From positions 1,426,001-1,490,000 of the forward strand of contig OZ176054.1 in NCBI GenBank assembly GCA_964247055.1: 64,000 nt of DNA. The letters are read 5' to 3'. Source of the DNA: Paragordius varius (Eukaryota > Animalia > Nematomorpha). How positions within the stretch are numbered: the first letter of the stretch is position 1; every line of letters starts with the position of its first letter. The notes below the pieces were generated by a model that did not search any database, had not been told where the DNA came from, and saw only the letters and a list, made by a program, of their open reading frames with translations. Below are positions 1-12,776 of this stretch, in pieces. The position numbers were made by a program, and so were the translations under genes.

Positions 1-1306
1 GTCTGCGTACTTTTCGTTGACGTTTTCTTTTAGTTACGTAATGCCTTATGGCTACATAAGTAATTATATGATGATTAAGATAAAAATTAAAATCTTTTAC
101 CGCTTAATAGCATTTTTTATCCAAATTTGACATCAAAGTGCAATTTAATTTTTAATGAGTCTTTAAATGACCTTTCAAAATTTTTTTATCGATATTAATT
201 TGCTTTAATAAATTAACTTTAGGATACTATTTAAATATAAAATTTAGTAGGCGCGTTTTCATCTACTTGATTTTCTTCCAAATAGGTGATAAAAATGCGA
301 TTTTTAGATTTTGGCTAATGCAGAAAAAAATTTCTTTTCAAGTATTCTGAAGCTTTCAATTATTAACTGATATCCGATTTATGCCCGTTTTGCTGAACGA
401 TGTTATAAATCAAAAATGTACCTAGATTATTTCTTTACTGTAATATAATATCAATAATAAATTTGAATTTATCCACAATTCAAGACTCGGAATATTTTAA
501 GAATATGATTTCAATAAATTTAAATAATTTAAATGTTATATATGTCATTTCATTTTGAACCGCTTCAACTGGGAAAAACAGAACCGATAATTATAAATTA
601 CGCGTTTTGCATTAGATTAATATTGGCCGGTGTTTAATTTCAAAATAGGGAATGTGCAATTTTTGGTTCAACACTGATTTAACTAATGTACCCGATATAA
701 GTTATTATTGCAAATAATTTTTTAATAAACTATGTAAAAAACTGCTTTTAAGAATATTACAAAATTAATTCAAACATTGATAACGATCGTTAATATTTAA
801 ACTTTTAATTTAATAAGGATGCCCTTTCCCCGATTTAAAATGTTTACGTTAAAAATTTTTTATAAAAAATTAAGCTTGACCATTCTTATAATTTTCAATA
901 TCATTAACATAAATTCAATTAATTTACATTTTTAATTTTTTTGTAAGATGTATAACAATTAAAGTACTTAAACAAGCGACCATGTGTTGCTATCAATTCC
1001 TCTTAATTATTAACAAATATTTTTGATTCTTATGAGCAGCCAGATCAAATCGAATTTCCACTTATTAAATCAATACTTAATGGATTTAATTGAGATTGAT
1101 TAAAACCGTTTTTTTAAACAAAATTTATCCTTTAAGGAACACTTTAAATGCTATAAATTATAATAATCAATTATGTGGCTAATAAGTTATCAAATTAATT
1201 AACAATAATCAAATTTTTTGCAATTGTGATCGATCGATTCCTCACTAAAACAAAGAAAAGAAAGTCTGAGTTATTTAACACATTAGGCAATAAAACAAAA
1301 CTCCAG

Positions 1307-3569
1307 ATAATTTAATATTTGGAAAGATAGCAGAAACGTTTTTGACATCCTGTAATTTCAAATATTTTTTATATATCTATTTTAACTAGGTCCAACCAAT
1401 ATTGCCAAACCGCTCTTAAAATTAACTGGTAAGAAGTATACCAAAATTTATAATGAAATACCCGTAACCACCATTCAATTTAAGTGTCACTTGGACCTAG
1501 AATACTCGATACCAGACAATAAAGTTCCCATTAATATCTCTATGAAAGACAGCAAATTTAGGCGACAGCTAAAACGTATCGCTAAAGTCCGTGATATTAA
1601 ATGGTTTTTGAATCACAAACAAATACCGTTCTTTGATCAAATCACATACGCCGTTTGGAATAAATCTTCAAAATCGATTTCAGTAAAACACCATCAACAG
1701 TCCTCATCAATCCCTAACACTCAACTTTCAACCCAAAAATTAGATGTGGGTAAAGGGATTCAATATCACAGCAAATCCATGCAAAATAATCACAAACCTA
1801 TTGTTCGCCTCTATTACCAGTAAAACCTCATTTTTTTCTATTAATCACTCATTCATTTTACAAATATGGATAATATATCCTACGTCACTTGATGATTATT
1901 TTGTGGCATTAATTGGAAAAATAAATTAAATTTAAATAATGCATCACACCTTATTTATTCCAATTGGGTATAGTTCCACCTAGTGCTAAAAGATCCACTT
2001 ACTCAGTATAAAACCTAGGAAGCTTTAAGACTTATCTTCCACCAGGGCTTATAGTGTAATTTTTGTTACTTAGAATAAGTACGAAGTTTAATTGTTAAAA
2101 GAACGATTTACCAATCGTGATGGTTGTAATTATCGAAACTTTATGACCAGAAACGATTATATAATTATAATAATAAAATGTTTGCCAAAAGTTCCTTATA
2201 CAATGGATAAACTGTATATGTGAACTTATGAAAGCCTATAAGCTGCAATGCTGATAAAAAACATTCTTAAATTTCTTGAAATAATTTAAATTTGTTAAAT
2301 TTTCAATTAATATGTGTTTATTAATTTTTATAAAAATGAACACCAGGTTAACAGTCATAGACATTTTCATAATATTTCTTTGATAGTAATAATTTAGCGA
2401 AAATCTGGAACATAATTTAATGTTTGATTGGGATTAGAACCGACTGACTATTTCAATTTTTGTTTCACAAATTATATTTTTGGATACATAAGAACTTTTT
2501 ATATATTTATTAGTACATTTTCCATGTTACACATCATAAATCCCAATGCCGATAACATTGGATACTATGAATGCAGACTGAAAACTTTATGCGGGGAGTT
2601 GACATCCTCCAAACTGTTTTACACGCAACGTGATCATATTCTCGATTTTGATTCCGGTAAAATTTATCCAATATTTTAATAACATAAATTTATAAAAATA
2701 GGAGATACAAACTAGTTGACTAAAGCTAGTCATATGTTGTCGTAATCACTAGTTTTAATTAAATTGTGTATTACCCTTGTTTGGTATTTTGAAGCCATCA
2801 TTTTCTTTTAAAACATGAATAATTATATATACATAAAACGGATTATTTGGTAAAAGTTTTTTTTGCTAAAGGGGGCGTATGCAAATTCAAAAATATTTGC
2901 TATCGACTTTACTAACGATAAATATATATTATGCTCAATTTTTCAGATTTTTAATTGTATTTTTTAGGAAACAAACTGCGAAACTCAATGTTGCATTCAA
3001 CTAGTAAGTTTTAAAATTGTCTATTTTTTTATAAGAAATATAAGTAATTTTGATTTTATAGGTCAAAAATGTAACATCAATCTATGTATGCATGATGGTA
3101 ATTGTGAAATCGATACATTTGGCCAACCATATTGCACGTAATTAAATTTTTTATTTATTGAAGTCGCAAAAAGATCAACTAGGGAAACCGAGACGGTTTT
3201 TTCACGGTTTTAATTAATTGGTTCTAAGCACTTTTGTTTTTTTAATTTATAACCCAATTTTCTATATTATGCTTGAGAACCAAAATATTAGGATATTGTG
3301 TCAAAAATTGATAAATTATTGAAAATTTTAAACCGTTTCTGAATTTTGTGATACCTGTTCTACATAATCGAGTTATGAGCTCACATGTTTTAATCATTCC
3401 GACAATTAGAGTCCGCGCCCTACATACTATACCATCACGCCTTATTTAAGATAATATAATCAAATTTTGGGAGATATATAAATTATTTGTCTAAATTTTG
3501 TTTTATCATTTTTAGTTGTCCCGAGAGATATACTGGAAGATTTTGCCAAAAGAAAATAGAAACACGCAA
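1307..3569 (+). CDS. vn: Vein/neuregulin-like EGFR ligand (Ig domain + EGF domain); partial, 5' and 3' ends unresolved
   Basis: GT-AG exons 1307-1351, 1390-1819, 2514-2656, 2968-3003, 3062-3137 and 3516-3569 join in one open frame. Ig motifs: IQFKC...IKWFLNHKQI...SMLHIINPNADNIGYYECR. The EGF motif is C-NINL-C-MHDGN-C-EIDTFGQPY-C-T-C-PERYTGRF-C (spacing 4,5,9,1,8, close to Drosophila Vein as I recall it). An intron falls between Cys4 and Cys5, which is typical of ErbB ligands. The symbol is by similarity only; orthology was not tested. Confidence 0.8.
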
Positions 3570-6013
3570 GTAAGGAGCTGTACGTACATCAACTTTGTTG
3601 TTTGGTACAATGAACGAAATGGACGATTGACATTAAATACTCAGGAGAATTTACAAAACATTTATATTTGCAATATATCTTTCTTTCTTACTGACTTTGT
3701 AAATATTGAAAAATCAATCTAATTTTTATTGTCTCGCAATACTGAAATTCTTTGCTACCTATCTGAGTCAATCATTTTACTATTAAATGACTTTCATTTG
3801 AAAAAAGTAGAGAACACAATAGTACAGTCTCTAGTTTAAGTTCAATATAATTAATATAGCCATATGCTGAAATTTATATTAAATATTGTTATTACTTTCA
3901 AATTCATTTACGGTTATAAATTATGTATTATTGTAAATAAATATAATAAATGATAAAAAAATATTTGCTTTTTTTCGGATACTTAACCACAAAAAGCTAG
4001 ATTTTTTTGAAAATTGGGATAAATAGTATTTTTATTTTTGTACAACACATTAAAAGTAGGGCATTTTTTTAAAAGTCATTCCTTATATGTGCATCGCAAA
4101 ATAATGGTAAACGATTAGTAAATATTGATACCGTAATAATGAAAATTATAAATATAAAATAAACAAAATATTTTTTAAAAGAATGTAGCCTTGCTTGATC
4201 CCACATAATCTATATATTTTTTGAGTTATATAGTTGCGTGCGATGCCAATTTACATCTCTTTTTTTATTTTGCGAATTTTCAAAGTTTGAACAATTAGTT
4301 GTCTTTTAGAAAAAAATATTTGTCTTTTAATTGTTACATTTTGTCTGCATAGTTTTATTTAGTGGTAATAATAATGTATTAAGTTAATTTATATATAAAT
4401 AATTTAAATTTGTTATATAAACCACAAATTTGGTAAAAATTTATTTGGTGTTTCTGTTAATTTAATGTGTGTCCGTATAATTACATAAATAATTTTCATA
4501 ATTAATTAAAAATGTATCAAAAATATAATCACATATTTATGTTTTATATACAATTGATTGAGCTTTTTTGTATCTTCTCGAAGTTTTTGCGGATAAAAAT
4601 AATCCTGAGTATCTATAATTTTAATATATATTTTGAAGTAAAATCATTCCTGACTCTCTATCGTGGGCCCTTCCTTGCTAAAAATTTTTGTTTAAAAATT
4701 ATAATACTCATAGGATCTAATTTGAAGCAAAACACTCCCAACGCATCTGGCTTTAAGCCTATCGACTAAATTGTTCCGTTGGACCTTGTCATCATAATAG
4801 CACACGCTAAATACATATAAAAAAATTTAAGATATGACATGACATCTAAGTTAACAAAAGGCAAATTCCAAAATTATCCGGATAACAAGCAATAAATATA
4901 AGTTATGAAGAGTTAAGATTTGTACAAAATGGTTTCTGTATAAATCGACAAGGAAAACAATTTAAGAATTTAATGGTTTTAGCTAAATCGACAAATACGG
5001 ATAGGATGGATTTTACTGTTAAGGTTAAGAGAAAATGATTATCATAGGCCTATCTTCGTTTGCCAAGCAATGTTTTTTAATTCAAATTAACAATTATAGA
5101 TTACAGAATCGATAATTTATTTTACTTTATGAAATCAAACTAATTTTCTACATGTTAAAACAATAGTCCGTCCGGAAAGTTAGTGTGGAGGTTTAAATTA
5201 AATATGAAGACGTAAAAGTCAATAAAGTATAAAAATATAACTAAAATCTGTTTAATCTCATTAGTTTTAAAATTTAATAATATAAATTATTTATACTAAT
5301 TTATGTTCATTTTAAATATTCGACGGTAAATTATAAGAGAGATTTTAAAAAGGGTAATGTTAAAAGTTCAAGGGTTTTTTAAAGGAAAAACGGAAGACTT
5401 CGAGGGTAAATACAAAGGCCAAATGTGAAAGTAAATGATATAGTCAAGGGTAAATTTATTAGTGGGGTTAGTATACTTGTTTAAGTGTTAATTAGTAATG
5501 ATCAATGGCAATTTTAAATATTGTAAAGTCTGAAAGCAAAGTTTAAGAGAGAGGGAAAGTGTGTTCGAAATGTTTAAGGGTCATGAAGTTAAGGGAGGCA
5601 AATAAAAATGGGTTATCGATGCCCATTAAAACTGTTTCATCCATATATAATAAGCTAGGCTTGATGATAAATTCAGAAGTTCAACATCATAAAATTTTAA
5701 AGGGAAAAAAGTAAGAAAACAAATCAATTTTGAGACTACATTTTTAAAAAATGGAAAAAGATTAGATAAGAAATGTGACTACAAAAATAGATAAAAATAT
5801 ATATACCCAAATAAAAATGGGCAAAAATAAATTATATGATGTACAATATATATATTGTATTTCAGATAAAGCTAGAGACATTTTTATTAAATAATATTCA
5901 AACATCTTAACTATATATCCATATTATGAGTCAGAATATAAAATAAAAAACTATATTGTAAATGTATTTTTAATATATAAATTGCATAAAAAATTAACAT
6001 ATTGGTTAACAAG

Positions 6014-6312
6014 CTAGTAATTCGGTAAAACATATTGAAGAAAGTTCCAACCTGAGTTACTGTTAATAAAAAAGCAGTTAACAAATATAAAGCCTTACAT
6101 TGAATCATTGGTAATAAAATATTCTGGTTCGATCACACCAATATTCTTCAAAAAGACTTTAAATGCGGCCTAAATTAAAAGAAGTATATTTACTTCATCA
6201 AAGGGAAAATTTAAAATTTTGGCGATATATTTCATTATTTGAAATAACCGTACAAAATCATTGGCAACCAACTGTGAAAATAAGATCACATGTAATCTAT
6301 GGTGTATCAACA
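6014..6312 (-). CDS. 3' exons of an unidentified protein-coding gene
   Basis: Minus-strand exons 6312(or 6271)-6194, 6169-6099 and 6059-6014, with GT-AG introns of 24 and 39 nt, give ...LVANDFVRLFQIMKYIAKILNFPFDE|AAFKVFLKNIGVIEPEYFITNDSI|NSGWNFLQYVLPNY*. Upstream exons were not resolved. Confidence 0.6.
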
Positions 6313-6637
6313 CTAAGATTAATTAGGTAATTAGTATCCCATATCATTTTTGATATTATTGATAAAAAATATTTAAATTATAATTCTTACTTTTTATCAA
6401 TCAAAATAATTAAAATAGACAAATATCTATATATATTTATAAACATAAAGTATGGTATTTAAAGTTGTTTGGGGAAAATGTCTAAGCCCATTCAATAATT
6501 ATGTGATCATTTATAAAAATGCTGACAGTGACAGGGCCCTTTTTCAAAACTAGCCCATTTTGGCTCTCTAAATTGTTAAAACATGATAAGAAGATTTTAT
6601 TGAAGGACCTTTCTTAATAACGTGTGTTTTTTTAATA

Positions 6638-6886
6638 TACCATTTACTATTCAAATTCACCAAAATATATTATGAGTTTTTGAAATAATATAACTCATTA
6701 TTAATACAAATTATATCTTAATGGTTTAGTTTTTTATCTTTTCAGTATTATTTTAATTTTAAACAAAATTTCCTTTTTTAAATATGTAAAAAATATTATC
6801 TTAATAAACACATATTATAGAGTGAATTTGAATTGTTCAAGGGTATATTTGAATTTTTCGAGGAAGAATTCGAACTACTAATCGTA
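6638..6886. mobile_element. MITE family B, degenerate copy
   Basis: Left end TA-CCATTTACTATTCAAATTCACC; right arm GTGAATTTGAATTGTTCAAGGG; matches the copy at 17634-18008. Confidence 0.7.
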
Positions 6887-7290
6887 TAGTATAATTTGTA
6901 TTTGTTAAACTGCGCCGATTATGAATGTGATTTTAATTAAACTTTCAATTCAGCCTCATGCTTTATGAAAATATTTTTTTATTAATTGTTAGCTTTGAAA
7001 ATTTCGAAAAATATCACATGGAAGGTCTGTCAATTTAATAATAAATTTATTATTTCACAAACGCTGAAAGTTTTAAGACTTACATTGAATTGGCCCTCAG
7101 TTCAGCCCAACTTACTGTAAAGAGACTTTAAAAAATGGTTTTTTTTAAAAAATGTATTACTATAAATATTTGAAAAAAAATGGCAGTAAAGCAACTTTCT
7201 GCAAAACGTTTAGGCCTTTATAAAGTTTTTAATGTTTTAAAAGTCCCGACTTGCGCTCTTAATTAATCTCTCCAACTTGAGTTTCTAAAA

Positions 7291-10200
7291 TTGGCTTTGA
7301 AGCAATTTTCTGACTCACGTGCAGTCCCCATTCGTCGAAAGTTCTATTTTTATAAATGGACTGAAGATGAAATCATTTTTATATTAGCCCCTCAGTTCTC
7401 CCACCAGTGTAATATGGAAATTTTTGTTTCAAGCATGTTTAAAAACATTCAGGTTAGTCGAAATAATAATTGTTTTACAAATATGCCGAATGACTGAGCC
7501 CTTTTTAAATATCCTCAGTTCACCGCCCGTATCCGTTAAGTTCAGTTAAAAAAATAGCTTGAATAAGGGACAATAAAATAAAGCAATTTTCTGTTAAAGG
7601 TACAATTTGGAGACTGGAAACTCCGTAAGATAATGGGGTTAAAGATATTCCCATTGAAATATGATTAAATTAATTTTTATTTTCTCCTTTTTCTATGTTT
7701 AAAAATTTTCAATAGGTGGTTTCATTGGCGAGGCTCCTTTACAGCGATTATAGAAACTCAACTAGTATTTGGATAAATTTAGTTTTGAAACAATTCATAT
7801 GAATCAATTCTATTTTTTAAAAAATATTTTGGGAAACGATCCTGCTTTGTTGGATACAGCTTAAAATTTAAATATGTTTTTTAACAATTCATACTTTACA
7901 GAGCATTTAATTATAAAAATATTTTTTACATAACCCGAGAACGTAATTATTTAATTGAAAGTTAAATTTTGTAATTTATTTACATTCGGAACAAATACTG
8001 GTAACGCGAAAACTCTTGAATTAAGATCTGAGGGGATAGAGATTTCAAACATTTGATAAATTCTAGCTTTCGTTAGAACCCCTTATAAATGGGTAGATTT
8101 TGGTCTATCGGCTAATTATAATTTTTAATTCCAAAAATCCTTTTTGTTTATAAAAAATTAAAGCTCAAAAATTGGTCTAAATTACAAATAATATTTTGTG
8201 ATAATAAATAAAACATATTTGATGCGTTTTAATTTAATTTTGAATGTTGGATTTTTTCGGAAATCAAATGGATTCATTTAAATTAAAATGGTTTTTCTTA
8301 CTATAAAGCGAAAAAGGTTATCTTAAAAATTTTCTGTTAGCCCTCGGTTAAACTACCCGCGTGGAAAAGTGTTAATTGTGATTGAGTAATGACCACGCTG
8401 AATTAAATGCGCCGCAATATTAAAAAAATTTTTAACCATATGGATGCTGATATATACCTCATACAGTGGCGTAACGAGCATTTGCGGCGCCCGGGGCTTG
8501 AACTCTTATGGCGCCCCATCCTCTTTTTGAAATTCAATAAAACAATTTTTTAAAAAAATAATACCAACGTCGCAACCTAAACACCATAGATAAGACCGGC
8601 TTATACAATCATATGCCTTTAAAACCTAATTAAATTTATTCATATTCAAATACATACATATAAATATCCTAATAAATTCGGTAACAAAGAAATTCATAAA
8701 AATAAACAGCGGATAATGGGGAATTTCAATAATGATATAAAAATTATTGTAAATCTAGGAGAATGTTGCAATACAGATTTTAATGGAAATTTTAAGTTTC
8801 ATGATAATTTATGGTAAGCAGTCGATTTAATCCCTAAAATAACAGGTTTATAAATGAGATTTTACTACTTGGAAAGAGGAAAAATGAACGCTTCAAAATA
8901 AAACAGTTATTTGTTAAAGATAAAAGGTGTATTATAAACTCATTTTGAATTTTGGGTAAAACATAGGATAAAATGTTAGGAGATTTAAGTTCTCATACGA
9001 TCTCCCATTATTGGGACGAACAAAGCTAAGTTTAGTAAAGATAGGAGTTTTCCAGGATTTGATGCTGAGTCATCTAGATACGTTAAGCTTTCCAACAAAT
9101 TCTCAAAAAGGGAGATTTCGGGGGATATTAGATATTTCATGCTAATATTTGTTGTAAAATATTTCGTCATAGATCTTTTTCCGAAATTATATGAGCTTCC
9201 AGAGCTGAATCAATTGCTATTTATTGTCAATTTTCTGCCTCTTTCCAAATAGTAAATGCTTACGATCTGCCTCTTTCCAAATAGTAAATGCTTACGATGA
9301 TTTGGCATTTTCTCATTATGGATTAATTTTCCTCCATTTATACCAAGCGTAGTTGAGAAAAATCATGGTAAAGAATTAGATCCATCAAAAAGTAGGCAAT
9401 AAAATTTATACCAAACTGTTCTTTGTACATAAAAGCCAACACCTCTAAACCTTCTTCTACCGAGTCGAAAAAACCAAGATTGGGGCATAGAACGATAGTT
9501 TTTGTTTAAAAGAGATTGCATTTATTAAATCATCATGAATAATTCTTTCTGTGCGAAGTTGATCTGATATTATGAGAATATTATTATTTGTAAATTTTTA
9601 AAAGATACACCATATGTATGGATTTACTAATGCTGTATTTGTAGTTTTCTGATCCCTATTTTTAGAAACAATAACTAGGGTTTCAGGTGTGTTTATTATA
9701 ATTATTAAGGGAACGTGTTTGCATCGCATACACTTTTTTCCATGTTAAGATCAGAATTTATTTTCGTTAAATAAAATTGCATGGTTATTCTCTCCCTGGA
9801 TTTTGCTCTATTTGCGTAAGCGCTGAATTCAGACATTTAGTATTTGATGACAATGAAAGTAATTATAAAAGGGATAGGGCTATATTAATAATAAAAACTT
9901 ACCTTGCTAGACATGGGATCTTGGAGATTAAAATAAAAAAATTTGGGTATTGGTTTGTTATTTAATGATTACGTTTGAACGGACAAACAAGTTAAAATAT
10001 TTCAATTTAAGGCAGTAGAGAATTAGCAATATAATAGTGCCTGATAGAGAAATGTTTTTTTATTAAATAAATTCACACATGTTACAAAGGAATATACTCC
10101 TACATGAATGTTAATATTTGCATAATGTTTGCTCCTGATCACATTTATATATATTTTATATTATTTTAGGGATTATGTGCCAAAAAATTTAAAATTTTTA

Positions 10201-12033
10201 TAAAAAAATATAAATAGGCGCCCCTATTGCACATGTTTGAGGAATATTTACATGAAATTTGTTATTATTAAAATTTAAAAAAAATCTTAAACCCCCCTCG
10301 TTACGCCACTGACCTCAAAGAAAGGTAAAATTTTAAGAGCGCTCCGCAAAGAGTCTCTTACATATGATCCACTACAACTAAAATTTACGTAATAAGTTTG
10401 TAAAGTATAACTGGCTTCGAAATCAAATTGCTGTCTGTATTTTTTGAATTTGAACATAATGAAACCTCTATTATTGAATTCATAAAACAAAACACTCATT
10501 TGAAAAATAATATTATACCATATATTATGGTTGGATTTTATTAACATGGTATCTAAATTTGTATAACACTTTTTTTCTTGATCAGCACATATATTTTATT
10601 ATATACAATTTGCACTTCAAGAGTGTCCTTGAACACTTCAAGTTGGTCATTTCTAATCGTAAATAATTCATCCATTTTATTGTTTTTAACCTATTTTCTA
10701 TAATTTAACATAAGTTTTAAATCGATATCAACTTTTAATCTTTGAGAAACCGTATATAATTATTTATTTCTTAAAATAATTTTGGATATTTATAAGATTT
10801 TTAACACGAAATAAAAATTATATAAGTTTTCTGGGTTACTAATTAAAATTTTTCATCAAACATTTAAAAGTCAATAATTTTGTTCAATTGAAAAAAAATA
10901 GTTTTAAACAAAAAAGTGGTTTTTCAATAAAATATTTTATTTTTAAATGAATAAATATATAATAAATAAACAAAATTAGGTTAATAAATAATTAAATAAA
11001 ATAATAAATGCAAAAACTATGGTTAAATCAAAATTTATCAACTTGAAGTGTTCAAGGACCAACTTGAACTGTTCAAGGACCAACTTGAATTGTTCAAGGA
11101 CCAACTTGAAGTGTTCAAGGACACTCTTGAAGTGCAAATGGTATATAAGGAGTGCGTTTGATTCAATCACACCAATAATATAGTTTACCTTGCATTTATA
11201 CTGAAAAGAGAGTAGTATTTAAAGGATTCTTATGATAAGAAATATAATATGTCGGTGAATACTTAGAACAATCTAACATTTTTAATTGCTACTTAAATGT
11301 GTTTAGTTATGAAGAAATATTTTGGTGATCATACAGTTGGAAATAACAGTTATATTTAAAATCAAAAGATGATCTTTTGGACCCCTTACTTTGTCCCAGT
11401 ATTTAGCAGATATGAACCAAAATAAGGCAATGTTTTTATCCGCTAAAACCACCTTAAAAATGATTGGACCGTTTTAAATCAAAGAATTACGATTTTGATT
11501 AAACCTAACTGTTCTGAGCATCAAATGCTGTTAACAATTTTGAAATGTCATAAACTCCTAAATTAAATAGCCTTATTATTAACGACCTTTTAACTTTTTT
11601 GTCCTAGTTGACATATTAAGTTGGTAAAATGTAGCCAGCTTTTTAAAGTTCTTTAATTCCATTTTTTAATAATATATACATTTATTTTTCTGTTGAATAT
11701 TTTAAAAAATTATAAAGAAAAAAAAATGGCTGCAAAAATGTTTGAGATAAGGATTTTTTTTAAAGTTTTGCATTTTTAAAAATTTTTGTATAATGCGCCT
11801 AAAAGGCTGAAAAAAGTATATTTGAATTCGGTTACTGATATCATTTTTAGGATGCTCGAATTCACTAGGAGACTAAATTACTTAAAAGGCCATGGTAAGT
11901 TAATAAACACATTCTTTATCATTTTGTTCGTCTCTAGGTGATATCTGCGTCAATATAAGGTTTTTTAAAATATAAATATAAATGCTTTTAATTTTCTTGC
12001 AAACACGCCAGGATGCTCGTGATAAATCCTTGA
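7291..12033 (+). CDS. Candidate unidentified spliced gene with the hAT element and a MITE-A copy inside its span
   Basis: Phase-compatible GT-AG exons ~7291-7452, 7519-7534, 7600-7624 and 7716-7764 give ...KWTEDEIIFILAPQ...KNIQ FTARI RTIWRLETP WFHWRGSFTAIIETQL. Exons 11608-11623, 11851-11894, 11938-11959 and 12012-12033 give VDILSWMLEFTRRLNYLKGHGDICVNIRMLVINP*. The start codon, the middle exons and the link between the two blocks are unproven. Confidence 0.35.
8800..9170 (-). pseudogene. Decayed hAT transposase C-terminal dimerisation-domain remnant
   Basis: The minus strand, read through stops and frameshifts, gives FYPKFKMSL*..ITVLF..RSFSSFQVVKSHL*T. This resembles the hATC motif YPNL...LTIPvTva..ERSFS.LK.IK..LRST. 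Confidence 0.45.
9234..9297. repeat. Perfect 32-bp tandem duplication
   Basis: TCTGCCTCTTTCCAAATAGTAAATGCTTACGA x2, inside the hAT element. Confidence 0.9.
10604..11143. mobile_element. MITE family A (TA-CCATTTGCACTTCAAGAGTGTCC TIR, 21-bp subterminal repeats)
   Basis: Inverted ends TACAATTTGCACTTCAAGAGTGTCCTTGAACACTTCAAGTTGGTC / GACCAACTTGAAGTGTTCAAGGACACTCTTGAAGTGCAAATGGTA. The internal AT-rich region is shared with the copies at 45801 and 46491. Confidence 0.88.
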
Positions 12034-12776
12034 AAAATCGTGTTTGTCTGTTTAATAGATTATATCTATTTATGTTTAAAGTTCTAAAAATTTTTTATCA
12101 CAAACTATCAGAAATTTTAAAAGAAACTTCTATCCGATCCTCTAACAATATTGTAGTTATCATGACACGATTAATATTTAATATAATAAATTATCCCGCC
12201 CCCCTTGACTCATCCTAATGCGTTTAATTATATTATATATATATATACAGTATTTTAGCTAAAATCAAATATTTTGCTATGAAAAACTCTACCATATACA
12301 TCTTCTCTATTAAACTATAAAGCTACTATTAAATATCAGTGAAGATTCTAAGTAAGGAAAATCATCTTTCAAAGCAATATCAATATTAATTATCAATACA
12401 TATACATTTGAAAATGTATAATTAATTTATAACAAAAATATATTCTATTTTTAGCGTATAAAAATTCTTGAAATCGTTTATAAATCAAAACAATACAACA
12501 CATTACTAAAATCATATTTTTGTAAATTGGTAGGGATGATATATTTATATACTTTTCATAAAATATTTGCTATTTATGATAATAAAAATCCAAAATTTCT
12601 AAATATAGAATTTTTTAATCAAACTTAAATTTAACAATAAGGGGGTAGGTACATTTTTAAAAAAAATATTTCAATACTTCTTTTCTTACATCTTATAAAT
12701 TAACTTAAACCTATATTCAATTTCATTTTTGTATTTTTTTCACTTTTAATAGCAAATTATTATTTTTTTTAAAACA

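Larger units (their letters stand above)
8464..10311 (-). mobile_element. Non-autonomous/decayed hAT DNA transposon (1848 bp)
   Basis: Perfect 15-bp TIR CAGTGGCGTAACGAG / CTCGTTACGCCACTG. The flanking 8-bp TSD is ACCTCATA (8456-8463) vs ACCTCAAA (10312-10319), a 7/8 match. An 8-bp TSD and CAG termini are hAT hallmarks. Confidence 0.88.

Noticed and set aside
1690-1830. Minus-strand peptide CDIESLYPHL resembling a reverse transcriptase/PolB motif
   Set aside because: It is antisense to the well-supported Ig-domain exon, is surrounded by stops, and has no downstream YxDD.
3516-3722. Listed 68-aa ORF MSREIYWK...
   Set aside because: Wrong frame. The real exon is 3516-3569 in the frame giving CPERYTGRFCQ.
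4650-4770. Candidate terminal exons of the Ig-EGF gene (NKIIPDSLSWALPC* or GSNLKQNTPNASGFKPID*)
   Set aside because: Both are plausible, but acceptor quality or phase linkage could not be established, so they were left out of the model.
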